This document shows positions 9,564 through 19,188 of a DNA stretch of 64,000 bases, one piece after another. The first letter of the stretch is position 1. The number at the start of each line of letters is the position of its first letter. The notes beneath the pieces were generated by a model. The model saw nothing but the letters and a program-made list of their open reading frames with translations, searched no databases and was not told the origin of the DNA. The stretch is from the NCBI GenBank assembly GCA_963792535.1, contig CAWBWQ010000001.1:288001-352000 (forward strand). Reading direction: 5' to 3'. Source of the stretch: an uncultured Phycisphaerales bacterium. GTDB lineage: Bacteria; Planctomycetota; Phycisphaerae; Tepidisphaerales; Tepidisphaeraceae. Both the position numbers and the translations under genes were made by a program.

Positions 9564-11520
9564 TCAATGCAGCACGACACCTTTTTCGCTGGTTTTCTTT
9601 CGCAGCGCGAGTGAAAAGTACAGGAAGATCAAACCGCAGAGGACCACTGCGTATCCCAGGTCCGGATGCGTGCCGTTTAACACGCGCAGCAACATTTCAC
9701 CACTGCCGCTGCTGAAACAACCTGGAAATTGCCCGCCCAGCAATACACCCAATTCGTGCCGCCCGGTTGCCCCCGCCGCGGCGAGCATGCAATGCAGTGT
9801 CATCACAAACGTCACGATCGTGAGGAAGATTCCCAGCAGTGTCATGCCCACGCTCACGCCGGTGCAAATGCAGGATATTCCCGCTGCAAAAAGCAGATAT
9901 CGCTCGTGTATCTGCGGCGCAAAGCAAAAAAACATCAACCACGGTGCGGTTAAGGCAATGAGTGTTCGTGCGTCTCCGCGCCGGGCCTGCAGGCCCAGGC
10001 CCAGGCTGCACAGCAGCAATGTAATCCAGCACAACGCGATCAGAAAAACGCGCATGGAAACATCAACCGGCTGATGAAGGAACAACGCCGCCGGGATGGT
10101 AAAAACGGTGACGGTGAGATCATCCATCGGCCAGTTAAAATCTTTCTGCATCACCGCGGGCAGATTGTCGGTCAATCCCATCACCATCCACGGCCAATGG
10201 ATTGTGCCAAAACGGATTCCGCAGTCGTACCAGGCCGTCGATCCATGAAACAGCGACATGCAAAGCAGCAGGGCTGTTCCAACAGCACTTGCCGCCAGGT
10301 ATCCAATTCCGCCTGGTCGAATCAGAAGGATGCACATCGCCAGACAAACTCCGGCGACCATTCCCAGCAGCCACGTCGAGCGATTTGACGCGATCCACCA
10401 GGGCCAGATCACCAGCAAAATCGCGATGAGCCCAGCCAGGCAGCGCCAGGCCCACGGCGATGCCGCCGCGCGATACCATCGCGTTACAGGCGGGACATCC
10501 AGCGTCATCCAGGAAACGACCGGCAACGCAACCGACGCCAGCAGAACACCAGCCACCCAAAGCATCGCAGGCACGTCGATTACCCGTGCGATCCGGAAAA
10601 CTCCGTCGGGCGTCATCCATGCTTCACCATGTGCCTGCTGCACCGCTCGGGCGTGGTCCAGTGCATCCACCGGTATGTAGCTCAATAGCCACGGTGAGAC
10701 GATCAACCCGATCGCCAGTACCACTCCGCTGCACAACCGCAACGACGCCAACGGCCGGCCCAGGATCAGCGACCAGACCACAAACACCGGCACGGATATA
10801 AGTTGCTGCCCCTTGAACATCGCGCCCACACCGATGGCAATCCCCGCTGCGAACCACCAGTTCAGGCTCGCGAGCAACGCCGCCAATAGAAACAACGGAA
10901 CGATCCAAAGATCCCATGTCGGCCACCCATAGGCGCTTAAAACGATGGCAGGGTTGAACCACAATAACAGCGCCGCCATAAAACCCGGCACACAGCCGCG
11001 GAAAAACCAGCGCAGCGATGAACGGTTCATTGGTGCACCGCATCCCCGAATCGCCCAGTGCCGAGTACAGAAAAAACGCCGAGGTTACGCCGACCAATTC
11101 CATGAACAGATTAAAGTGCAACACCGGCGCGGTGAGTGCATATGAATGATCGTTCTGCCAGACTTTCACGTGTGAAAAATGTTCCAGCGACCACCGCCCC
11201 CATAGCGTCATTACCCCCAGCCTGAGCGGCGCATAATCCAGCCAGTTTTTATCGCCCGGCTGCTCGAAGCGCATCTTTTCGTACTGATTGAGAAAACCTT
11301 CCGTTGCCGACTTGCGTCCCCATGCGTAACCGCGATTGGTATCAGATAAAAACCGGATCGGTTCTGTTGTATCCCAAACCCAATGCCGAAACCGCACGCC
11401 CATCCAGCCCGCCCACGCAGTCATCAACGCAAGCAGAATTAAAATACCCACCCGCGGTAACCAAATAGAAAACGGCGAAGATCGATCAACCGCAACATTG
11501 CCAGGCGCGCTCTCATCCAT
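9564..11520 (-). CDS. multi-TM GT-C fold glycosyltransferase-like protein (frameshift near 11065)
   Basis: Two overlapping ORFs join; DYAPL, FNPAIVLSAYGW, KGQ and QIHERY motifs resemble bacterial GT-C enzymes. Confidence 0.65.
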
Positions 11521-11564
11521 GCGGAGCGCATCCTAGCCGACCCACCAGGGAATGTTGAGGCAAT

Positions 11565-11593
11565 AAAAAACCCCATCCGGCAAAGGATGGGGT
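11565..11593 (-). terminator. intrinsic terminator after tRNA-Gly
   Basis: 9-bp stem accccatcc/ggatggggt followed by a T-run on the minus strand. Confidence 0.85.
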
Positions 11594-11597
11594 CAAG

Positions 11598-11668
11598 AGC
11601 GGGCGAAGGGACTCGAACCCTCAACAGCTAGCTTGGAAGGCTATGCTCTGCCATTGAGCTACGCCCGC
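11598..11668 (-). tRNA. tRNA-Gly (TCC), CCA not encoded
   Basis: GCGGGCGTAGCTCAATGGCAGAGC..CTTCCAA..GGTTCGAGTCCC..CGCCCGCT cloverleaf. Confidence 0.97.
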
Positions 11669-12042
11669 GGAAAACCAAATCTACCGATCACCAACCCAAT
11701 CATACCTGAACGGCTCAACCAAGTCGATGGAGCATGAACAACCTCTCGCGAACCATCACGATTCCCGTGATAATCAATCGGCTCGCGCACTTGCGCATAT
11801 CAGTGCGCACAATCACATCTCGATAAATACCGTAATCTCAACAACTTATTCGCACAATTGGGCCAGTACACGAAAATTAACCCCAAAGTTGACGCGAAAC
11901 AAACTGGCGTTGCACTGTTTTTCACAGGCAAATCGTTTGCAAATATCATTTTACATTCGCTGAAGGCTCAAACCGATATTCTTTGGCCGACGTCGCCGTG
12001 GGTCTCTTCTGCGCGGGGTTGGAGCGGCTACAATCGGCCACC

Positions 12043-13269
12043 ATGGCACTCTCCTTCAAACATCATCAACTTTCCAACGGACTGGACATCATCGCTGAGG
12101 AAAATCCCGATTCGCATTCATTTGCCGCCGGCATCTTCGTCAAAACAGGTTCACGCGATGAAAACATGCCCATCAACGGTGTCTCGCATTTTCTCGAGCA
12201 CATGATGTTCAAGGGCTCCGGCAAATACACATGGGAAGACGTCAACCGCATCTTTGATGAAATCGGCGCACGATACAACGCCTATACCAGCCAGGAGATG
12301 ACCGCCTATTACGCCAGCGTTTTGCCGGAGTTTACCGAGCAGGCGGTCGAGCACCTCGCGCACCTCCTGCGGCCGGCGATTCGTGTCGAGGATTTCACGA
12401 CTGAGAAAAAAGTCATCCTCGAAGAAATTGCCATGTATCTGGATGATCCCGGGCATCGGCTTTACGAACGGCTCATGGAAGCGCATTTCACCGATCATCC
12501 GCTGGCGCTCAGCGTGCTCGGCACGGTCGAATCCATCCAAAAGCTCCAGCGCGACCAGATGGCTGAATATTTCAACCGACGATACGGGCCGGGCAACATG
12601 GTGCTCTCGGTCACCGGAAAAATGGATTTCGACGCTGTGGTGAAACTCGCCGAAAAATATTGTGGCGATTGGCCGCATGTGGATGCGCCGCGCAGGCAAC
12701 CCGACCCGGTTTACAAAGCCCAGAAAATCGCGATGGCCGACGCCAAACTCAATCGCCAGTACACAATGGGCATGACGCCCGGCCCCAGCGCGCAGGACGA
12801 TCGGCGTTTTGCCGCGCACATCCTCGCGGATGTCATTGGTGACAGCGACGGATCCCGTTTCTACTGGGCACTGGTCGACAACGCTATCGCTGAGGATGCC
12901 GACTTCGGTTTTTATCCGCACGATGGTTGCGGCAGCTTCTACATCGCCCTCACCACCGAACCCGATCGCAGCGACAAAGCCCTCGAAATCGCGATGAAAG
13001 AACTCGACCGCGTGAAGAAAGACCTAGCAGCCGACGAAGTGGAGCGCGCCAAGAACAAGATCGCCAGCGGACTGGTGCTGTCCGGCGAATCCCCCCTCGG
13101 CCGCATGCGCAGCATCGGTGGACAGTGGATGTACAACCGCGAATACCGCTCGCTGGAAAAAGACATGGCCACCCTCATGGCGGTCACCCCCGAATCACTC
13201 AAACAACTCATGCAGGAGTTCCCCTTCGACCCCATGACCATCGTCAGCCTGGGACCGGGAGAAAAATAA
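12043..13269 (+). CDS. M16 family (pitrilysin/insulinase) zinc peptidase
   Basis: Inverted HxxEH motif (HFLEHMMFKG), NAYTS, EKKVILEEI. Confidence 0.93.
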   Translation: MALSFKHHQLSNGLDIIAEENPDSHSFAAGIFVKTGSRDENMPINGVSHFLEHMMFKGSGKYTWEDVNRIFDEIGARYNAYTSQEMTAYYASVLPEFTEQAVEHLAHLLRPAIRVEDFTTEKKVILEEIAMYLDDPGHRLYERLMEAHFTDHPLALSVLGTVESIQKLQRDQMAEYFNRRYGPGNMVLSVTGKMDFDAVVKLAEKYCGDWPHVDAPRRQPDPVYKAQKIAMADAKLNRQYTMGMTPGPSAQDDRRFAAHILADVIGDSDGSRFYWALVDNAIAEDADFGFYPHDGCGSFYIALTTEPDRSDKALEIAMKELDRVKKDLAADEVERAKNKIASGLVLSGESPLGRMRSIGGQWMYNREYRSLEKDMATLMAVTPESLKQLMQEFPFDPMTIVSLGPGEK

Positions 13270-13520
13270 CAGCTAAAGACCTTGATGAGCGCCACGCTAC
13301 GGGGGCGTTTTTGTCTGCCCGCTCCCAACCACGCAGTTCATGGCTCCGTTACAGGCTACCGCGAGTCCCTCTCAGGCCGAATGGTACCGTGTAGCCGAGG
13401 ATAGCGAGTTCTACACGCCTGCGGATGGGTCAACTTCGAACGGGCGCCCGGGGCATGCGGTTCTGCGAAAAACTTCTGCCGATATCATCCCAGCAATTGG
13501 AACCATCGCTCTAACCAACC

Positions 13521-14054
13521 ATGCAATCGATCAGAAAAAGAGTGCTTAGAACTATGACTATTGCTTCACTCGTCATGGTCGTGCTTGTACTCGTGCTCTG
13601 GAATCGTAGCAAGAGGCATGGCGATTCCTTGGTGAGGCAAATTGGTTCAAGCTCCGTAACATATTTTGAGTCATCGGGCGGCTATTGTTATTTAGCATCT
13701 GGCGATTTTTTTCTCAGGTCTAAGGTCGCTTCCGGCATTAGATTGAATCAGACTCCACTCCATCTATCAAAATGGCCATTATATGATGATGAGTCCGGGC
13801 TCCTCCGAACCGACGAAAACAGTGGAGATATCGACGGTGCGGACATGCACTATGGCATGGTCGGTATTCCATATTCGTACGCCCTTGCACTGACCCTAAT
13901 GCCGCAGGCATTAGTCTGGGCTATTTCGTGCGTTCTTTGCGTACAAAGATCCGTACGGCTCGCTATCCGTCAGAAGCGCGCTGGCAAATGCGTGAGCTGC
14001 GGTTATGACCTCCGGGCCAGCTTGATCGGTGCCCGGAATGTGGACAGTTATTAG
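13521..14054 (+). CDS. membrane protein with C-terminal Zn ribbon (probable frameshift near 14020)
   Basis: Two TM segments; CVSCGYDLRAS, with DRCPECG continuing in an alternative frame. Confidence 0.65.
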   Translation: MQSIRKRVLRTMTIASLVMVVLVLVLWNRSKRHGDSLVRQIGSSSVTYFESSGGYCYLASGDFFLRSKVASGIRLNQTPLHLSKWPLYDDESGLLRTDENSGDIDGADMHYGMVGIPYSYALALTLMPQALVWAISCVLCVQRSVRLAIRQKRAGKCVSCGYDLRASLIGARNVDSY

Positions 14055-14094
14055 ACAGGATTGAACCAGCAGCAAGAGAATTGAAATAGGTCGG

Positions 14095-14187
14095 AACATG
14101 CCGGGACAGTCACCTTTTCAAACATACCGGAAACATACCGGGACAGTCACCTATTTGACCAAATAGGTGACTGTCCCGGTATTTACT
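14095..14187. repeat. REP-like palindrome cluster
   Basis: Perfect 22-bp inverted repeat 14135-14156/14161-14182 (ataccgggacagtcacctattt), preceded by a half copy at about 14095-14118 and a tandem aaacataccgg. Confidence 0.9.
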
Positions 14188-14590
14188 CTTGTAAATCATG
14201 GAAGACGCGATACCCGTTTACACGTAGCGTTTCCAACAATTGTCCAACAGTTCTTTCGCCCCGGATCGCCAGCTGGAGTTCTTTTATTTTTGGCCAGACT
14301 CGACTTATTTTCCATGGGCTAAACCCGCCGACGAGGATGAAAGCCGTCGTATAGATGCCGGGCGAAGGAAGCGTCCGAAAATACCAGCGGTACCATTCGA
14401 GGGCGGCAGTGGTGAAGGCAAAAATTGTCATCACACTCCACTGCTCTACGGTGTTTGAGTAAAGCAGGTCAAGCTGCTCCTGCAGCGATTCGCCCGGGTG
14501 CGGCAGCGATCTTTTTGGAATCGGCGAGCGCACAGCTGCCTGTTTTCGTTTGAAGTTCAGGGGTAGTCTCCTCTTAACAAAAGCGGTCAC
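14183..14590 (-). pseudogene. NERD-domain protein, 3' truncated
   Basis: Two TM helices then GERTVGQLLETLRVNGYRVFHDL, the typical NERD start; stops at the palindrome edge. Confidence 0.7.
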
Positions 14591-14660
14591 ATCTTCTGCA
14601 CATGCACTTCATCCAGAATCTCCTGCACGGTCAATAGCTTGATGATTCTGCCGGTGCGTT
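14587..14660 (-). repeat. diverged duplicate of the 3' end of the Mrr-like gene (15136-15209)
   Basis: 74 nt with 5 mismatches; encodes RTGRIIKLLTVQEILDEVHVQKM*. Confidence 0.9.
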
Positions 14661-14682
14661 CGAGCAGGCAAGGGCATTGTCT

Positions 14683-14880
14683 TTAACCGGCCACCTGAAA
14701 TTCCATCGTCCGAGCGTTGCTCACCCGCTTCGAGGCGTCCAGTATCTCGATGCCGACAATGTTGCCGGTACCGTCATAATCGATGATGACACCGGGCCTG
14801 TCTTCATCGCTTTCAGCTACCGGACCTGGCCCGAGTTCCAGCGTCAGCGTATCGGTGGAAGCGTCGTATGTGGCTTTCAT
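14683..14880 (-). CDS. DUF2283-family protein (putative antitoxin)
   Basis: MKATYDASTDTLTLEL..ESDE..GVIIDYDGTGNIVGIEILDAS signature. Confidence 0.85.
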   Translation of the reverse strand: MKATYDASTDTLTLELGPGPVAESDEDRPGVIIDYDGTGNIVGIEILDASKRVSNARTMEFQVAG

Positions 14881-14883
14881 GAT

Positions 14884-15130
14884 TCAACTCCTGTATCTGC
14901 CGATTTTACTGGTGCGGTAGGCGGTGACCACCTCGGGCGGCTGGCGATCAACATCCACGAACACACGCACAAGATAGCCATCCACGAGTGATTGAGCCAC
15001 CACCCGGCCTGCTCGCACAGGAAGTATATCACCGGGGTTATTCAGAACCGCTCGGACAAGGGTTTGTTCGAGCTGCGCCTTTCCATCTGCAGGCGTGCAT
15101 GTCCTTGATGATAGCATTGGTTAAATCCAT
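14884..15130 (-). CDS. DUF4258-like putative toxin (5' part frameshifted)
   Basis: HARLQMERR in an alternative frame, then VRAVLNNP..LVRVFVD..EVVTAYRTSKI; paired with DUF2283. Confidence 0.7.
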
Positions 15131-15135
15131 CTTCG

Positions 15136-15483
15136 TTACATCTTCTGCACATGCTCTTCATCCAAAATTTCCTGGACGGTCAATAGCTTGATGATTCTGC
15201 CGGTGCGTTTGAAGAAGGCGCGGCATTCGTCTTCGGCGTCCTTGGTGTAGCCAAAGCTGACGAAGAAGCCGCGTTGGCGGCCGCCTTCGCCTTCTCGCTC
15301 CATGACGGCTTGGAAGGCGTCGATGTCTGGCCGGCCTACCTTGTCCATTTGCTTGACCTGGATGGGAAACCAGTCATCGCTGAACAGCCCGCCTTCGGCT
15401 GGCTTGGTGCCGACCGGGAAGATGCGGCCATCCGCACCCATGTCGCCAACCTGCACCTTGTGGGGGACACGGGTTCCCGTCAT
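15136..15483 (-). pseudogene. C-terminal Mrr-like restriction endonuclease domain of a DNA methyltransferase-Mrr fusion
   Basis: GDMGADGRI..PIQVKQMDKVGRPDIDAF..GFFVSFGYT, a (P)D..QxK-type motif. Confidence 0.75.
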
Positions 15484-16007
15484 GTGAGTTCCTTCTTTTG
15501 TCGGTCCAATTCCTCTCGCAGGAGTGATATTGCCTCTTTTAGAGATTTTGCCGCGAGTAAAGCAGAGCTGAATTGGTGCTTTGACGCGGCTGAGTTGACT
15601 ACCGACGGCCCCATTAGCTGCGTTTCACGACGACACCGAACAAGTGCGGCTATGTCATCGCAGGATTCATACGCAGCATCAGCGAGCGTGTTGAAGCTGC
15701 GCCTGAATCGCTTAAGACAATGCGCTTGATGGCATTGGAACCATGTTGTGGAGCCAATGACTTGTGTTAACGTCTTTTCGAGATCGACTCCTTTTTCGCG
15801 GAGCAGGCGTTCGAATTGTGTTAGTGCAGTGTCGGCCTCGTCGAGCCTTTGAAGTGCAGTTAGCCGGACCTCTTCGAGCAGAAGTTCAAGGTCACTGCGA
15901 TTGTTTCCGCGCTTTGGTCTGTTAGCGGCAAACGTGTCAGTAAGCGTCTTGGACAGCTTGAGCCCGCTCGCTGCCGCGATTAGAAAGTCGTCGATTCCAA
16001 ATGCCAT
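15480..16007 (-). CDS. all-helical hypothetical protein (175 aa)
   Basis: AAGGAG RBS; open frame; stop overlaps the next ATG (ATGA). Confidence 0.7.
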   Translation of the reverse strand: MAFGIDDFLIAAASGLKLSKTLTDTFAANRPKRGNNRSDLELLLEEVRLTALQRLDEADTALTQFERLLREKGVDLEKTLTQVIGSTTWFQCHQAHCLKRFRRSFNTLADAAYESCDDIAALVRCRRETQLMGPSVVNSAASKHQFSSALLAAKSLKEAISLLREELDRQKKELT

Positions 16008-16039
16008 CTGTAATCTCCTTCTAAATGGGCAGGTACCTG

Positions 16040-16421
16040 CCAGTCGCAGTGGTAGTAGAAGCTGCCGGTCTTCTTGAGGACGCGGGCGAGTTGCACGCAG
16101 CGGGGACGCATGTATTCGATGTAGGCCTGCGTGCTGGCGCGGCGGTCTTCGAAGGCTCGCTTTTCCTTGGTTTCGCCCCAGAAGACTTCGTAATTTCGAT
16201 TGCTGTTAACGTTGAATGGGAGCCGGATCGATGTAGATCAGATCAATGCAGACATCGGGCAGCCCATTCGACACTCAGGCTTGGCGAGCTGTTCGAGATT
16301 GTCGCGGCTCGACTGACTTCCGAAGTCCGCAATAGACGACGCGGGTGTCGAGCAGGGAGGAGGGCTTGCCGGCTTTGGGCGGGTTGGGAATCGGTTTGTT
16401 GGGAAGCCCCTTTTTGGCCAT
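16040..16421 (-). pseudogene. N-terminal fragment of an N6A/N4C DNA methyltransferase (beta class), disrupted by micro-insertions
   Basis: Reconstructs to MAKKGLP..LLDTRVVYCGDNLEQLAKLPDVCIDLIYIDPPFNSNRNYEVFWGETKEKRAFEDR..LARVLKKTGSFYYHCDW; absent from the ORF track. Confidence 0.85.
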
Positions 16422-16614
16422 GCATGCAGCATAATTGGTTGAGTTCGTTGGGGCAATGTTCGGAGGTCATTTCGAAAGGGTGCGGCGTACCGGTAAAGGA
16501 CGTACGCGACCGCGTTTCCGCCAGCCGAACATACGGGGAAATGAAACGGCGACGTGGGGTCGGCAAATCATCTCAAGTGATGAATACATCCACTGCGGCG
16601 TATCGCCATGAACG

Positions 16615-17226
16615 CTATGGCTTCAGCACGTTGAGGACCGCCTGCTCTACCCGCCGGCATTCCGCCCCGTCTTCATCGCTGAAGAACGCCTCGGACGCGT
16701 GAAGGAAGGGCGTGACAAACGCACTGTACTCGGGCGTCAATACGTTGGGTATGGGGTGCAACCTCTGCGTCAGTTCCGTGGGGGGCGAAGTTGGCTTGCG
16801 GCGTGGTTTAACGGGATGCGTCTGGTAGTAGTCCTCGACCATCCTGAGGTTCTGCTTCTCGAGATTCTCTGCTTCGGCGGGCGTCAGAGGGGAGGCAAAT
16901 TTCACGATCACTGTGTAGGTGCTCGATTGGACGAACCCCTGAGCCTTCAAGTCTGCCTTGTCCTTGAAAGTCGGCAGACTGGCGTTCCCAAACCACTCGA
17001 CCGGCTCCTTGCGGGTGATCGTGATGGTGTCCTTATCGACCAATAAGGACCAGTTGGCCGGAAGATGCGGCTTAATCTGTGTGGCGAGGTCGCCAGCGGT
17101 CTTTGCCGCGTCGAATGGTGGTGCGGCCGGTTGAGTGGCCGGTGGTTCACCCTGCGCCAAGCCGGTGTGGGACAGCAGCAACACCATCGCCAGCATCGTC
17201 GAATGCGTTCGCATGGTCGTTCCCAT
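16615..17226 (-). CDS. secreted hypothetical protein
   Basis: Signal peptide followed by a PATQPA linker. Confidence 0.65.
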   Translation of the reverse strand: MGTTMRTHSTMLAMVLLLSHTGLAQGEPPATQPAAPPFDAAKTAGDLATQIKPHLPANWSLLVDKDTITITRKEPVEWFGNASLPTFKDKADLKAQGFVQSSTYTVIVKFASPLTPAEAENLEKQNLRMVEDYYQTHPVKPRRKPTSPPTELTQRLHPIPNVLTPEYSAFVTPFLHASEAFFSDEDGAECRRVEQAVLNVLKP

Positions 17227-17271
17227 GACGCAGGTGATAGCCCGGCTACCTGCGAGCGTCAACAAGGTTGG

Positions 17272-17328
17272 AACATACCGGGACCGTCACCTATTGTAGC
17301 TAAATAGGTGACTGTCCCGGTATTTACT
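17272..17328. repeat. second REP-like palindrome of the same family as 14135-14182
   Basis: aacataccgggaccgtcacctattgtagctaaataggtgactgtcccggtatttact. Confidence 0.9.
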
Positions 17329-17514
17329 AGCTTTGCAAATTCCGACAGTCAAAGGTAATTCTGATGAGTGAGGTGGACCTACACGGCTACGACCGAACTT
17401 GGCCGCAAGCTCACCGTGTAAACCGAGCCCTTCTGTGAAAATGCTGGTCGGAACAGAATTTCTTATTTTGGATTGTTCAATTATCGTATCGAGGGCGAGG
17501 AGGTTTATCTCATT

Positions 17515-19155
17515 ATGACGGACACTGTGCTTCAGCTTACCAGCAAATGGGAACTATCCCAGGACGGCGTGTCACAGGAAGTCATCGACGACACCCAGCA
17601 ACTCATTGGTTTTGAACTGCCGCAAGATCTGCTCGATTTCATGCGCGTGCACAACGGCGGCTCGGGCTACCTCGGCGATGACGGGGCGGGATGGGTTCGC
17701 CTCGACGCGGTCGAGGAATGGCCGGACAACTCCGATGGCTATGACCTTTCCCGGATGAAGATGGTCATGATCGGCAGCGAAGGCGGCGATGCGGCTTATT
17801 GTCTGAGCCTCAGGTCCTTTCCCATGCAGTATCGCATGGTCAACCATTACGAAACAGGCCAGGGTAAATTCCTCAGAAGCAGCTTCGTCGAATTCCTCAC
17901 TAATGTACGCGACAAAAAGTTTCCAAAGTCTCCCAAGCCCGACAAATCCGCCAAGCCCAAACCACTTCCACCGGTGCCGCTGGATAAACCGGCGATGGAA
18001 CTCAAAGGACTGAAGAACATTGTTACGGCCATGGCGCTGTCGCCCGATGGAAAACAGATTGCCGCCGCGAGCGGATACCCTGCCAGATTCGGCGGCAGCG
18101 CGTGGGTGTTCGATCTGTCCACCGGCAAGGGGCAGGCGTCGACCATTGATCTCGCGGATGGCCACTTTCTTGGTGCCGTCGGGTGGGTCGATGGTCGTGC
18201 CGTTGTCGCAGTGGCAAAGGTCGATGGTAAGGTTGGGGATCCCAGCCAATACAAGCCAGCCCGCCTTCATCTGATGGATATTCTTAATGCTGGAGAGATA
18301 TGCGCTGGCCCTGAGGCTGATTCCAACCAAGCCGGTCGCGGCTCGTTTTCACCGGATGGATCGCGATTTGTCTTCAGTTCAGCACTCACGCAGTGCTTTA
18401 TCAACACGCCCACGGGCAAGATAATCCGCGAGCTACCGATGGCCTCCATGTATCCGTTCGCAATCGCCTGGACGCACGACAGCACTCAATTCGCACTGGG
18501 CCGGCGATCCGGAGTCACGCCGGTAGGATGGGTCTACGACGAAGTAACACATCCGACCGAACCAACGCCGGATTGGGAAGTCCTGCTCCTGAACCGCGAT
18601 GGAAATGAAGTCGGCCGTATCAACGTGGGTGTCGATTCGAACTACACCGACTACTACTACCTGTCTCAAACGCCAGAGCTTCGCAGCGTTCATTTTTCTC
18701 CCGATGCCAGGTATCTGCTGCTGGCGCGCCCGAAAGATGTCCGCATCTTTCAGATGGAAGGATTGACACCCTCCGCCAAGCCGGTCACGACCCTCAAGGT
18801 GCCGTTGCGTCATATCGATTCCGCCTGTTTCGCGGGCAACGATCACGTTGCGGTAACCACGGCCGAGGGCGTGATTGTCCTGTTCGAATGGCACTCGGGC
18901 AAAGTGGTTCACAAGTGGCAGAGCACGAAACTGCAGCAACGCCTGTTGCTGGCCACCGCCGATGGCAAGTCGCTATTCACGGCCAACGGCTATGAGCCGT
19001 ACGACAGCACCCATCCCGAGAGTAAAACGATCCGCGTGTGGAAGTGGTCCGGCGATGGCGAGTTGAATCGCGCCTCGCCTGCTCGTGAGAAAAAGCTCGC
19101 TGCAAAAAAAACACTTAAGGTGAACGCTCGGCGGAAAGTGAAACGGGAAAAGTGA
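17515..19155 (+). CDS. SMI1/KNR4 (SUKH) domain fused to a WD40-like beta-propeller
   Basis: IGFELPQDLLDFMRVHNGG..MIGSEGGDAAYCL..SSFVEFL; Pro/Lys linker; VTAMALSPDGKQIAA-type repeats. Confidence 0.75.
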   Translation: MTDTVLQLTSKWELSQDGVSQEVIDDTQQLIGFELPQDLLDFMRVHNGGSGYLGDDGAGWVRLDAVEEWPDNSDGYDLSRMKMVMIGSEGGDAAYCLSLRSFPMQYRMVNHYETGQGKFLRSSFVEFLTNVRDKKFPKSPKPDKSAKPKPLPPVPLDKPAMELKGLKNIVTAMALSPDGKQIAAASGYPARFGGSAWVFDLSTGKGQASTIDLADGHFLGAVGWVDGRAVVAVAKVDGKVGDPSQYKPARLHLMDILNAGEICAGPEADSNQAGRGSFSPDGSRFVFSSALTQCFINTPTGKIIRELPMASMYPFAIAWTHDSTQFALGRRSGVTPVGWVYDEVTHPTEPTPDWEVLLLNRDGNEVGRINVGVDSNYTDYYYLSQTPELRSVHFSPDARYLLLARPKDVRIFQMEGLTPSAKPVTTLKVPLRHIDSACFAGNDHVAVTTAEGVIVLFEWHSGKVVHKWQSTKLQQRLLLATADGKSLFTANGYEPYDSTHPESKTIRVWKWSGDGELNRASPAREKKLAAKKTLKVNARRKVKREK

Positions 19156-19188
19156 AGCGGGACGGTCGATCTGTCCGCGTTGTCTCTC

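Noticed and set aside
11598..11668. tRNA-Gly as an island attachment site
   Set aside because: No duplicated tRNA 3' end or integrase seen; its terminator and flanking genes look intact
11750..11945. dif-like or oriC-like site (agtgcgcacaa, short palindromes, AT-rich)
   Set aside because: Only an XerC-like half with a poor XerD arm; no clear DnaA boxes
14095..14187. CRISPR array or integron attC site
   Set aside because: No regular repeat-spacer period, no cas or intI gene, and no RYYYAAC/GTTRRRY ends
16025..16702. 225-aa plus-strand ORF
   Set aside because: Antisense shadow of the methyltransferase remnant
17362..17445. Hammerhead ribozyme (CTGATGAG followed by a stem)
   Set aside because: No GAAA directly after stem II, and stems I/III are not supportable
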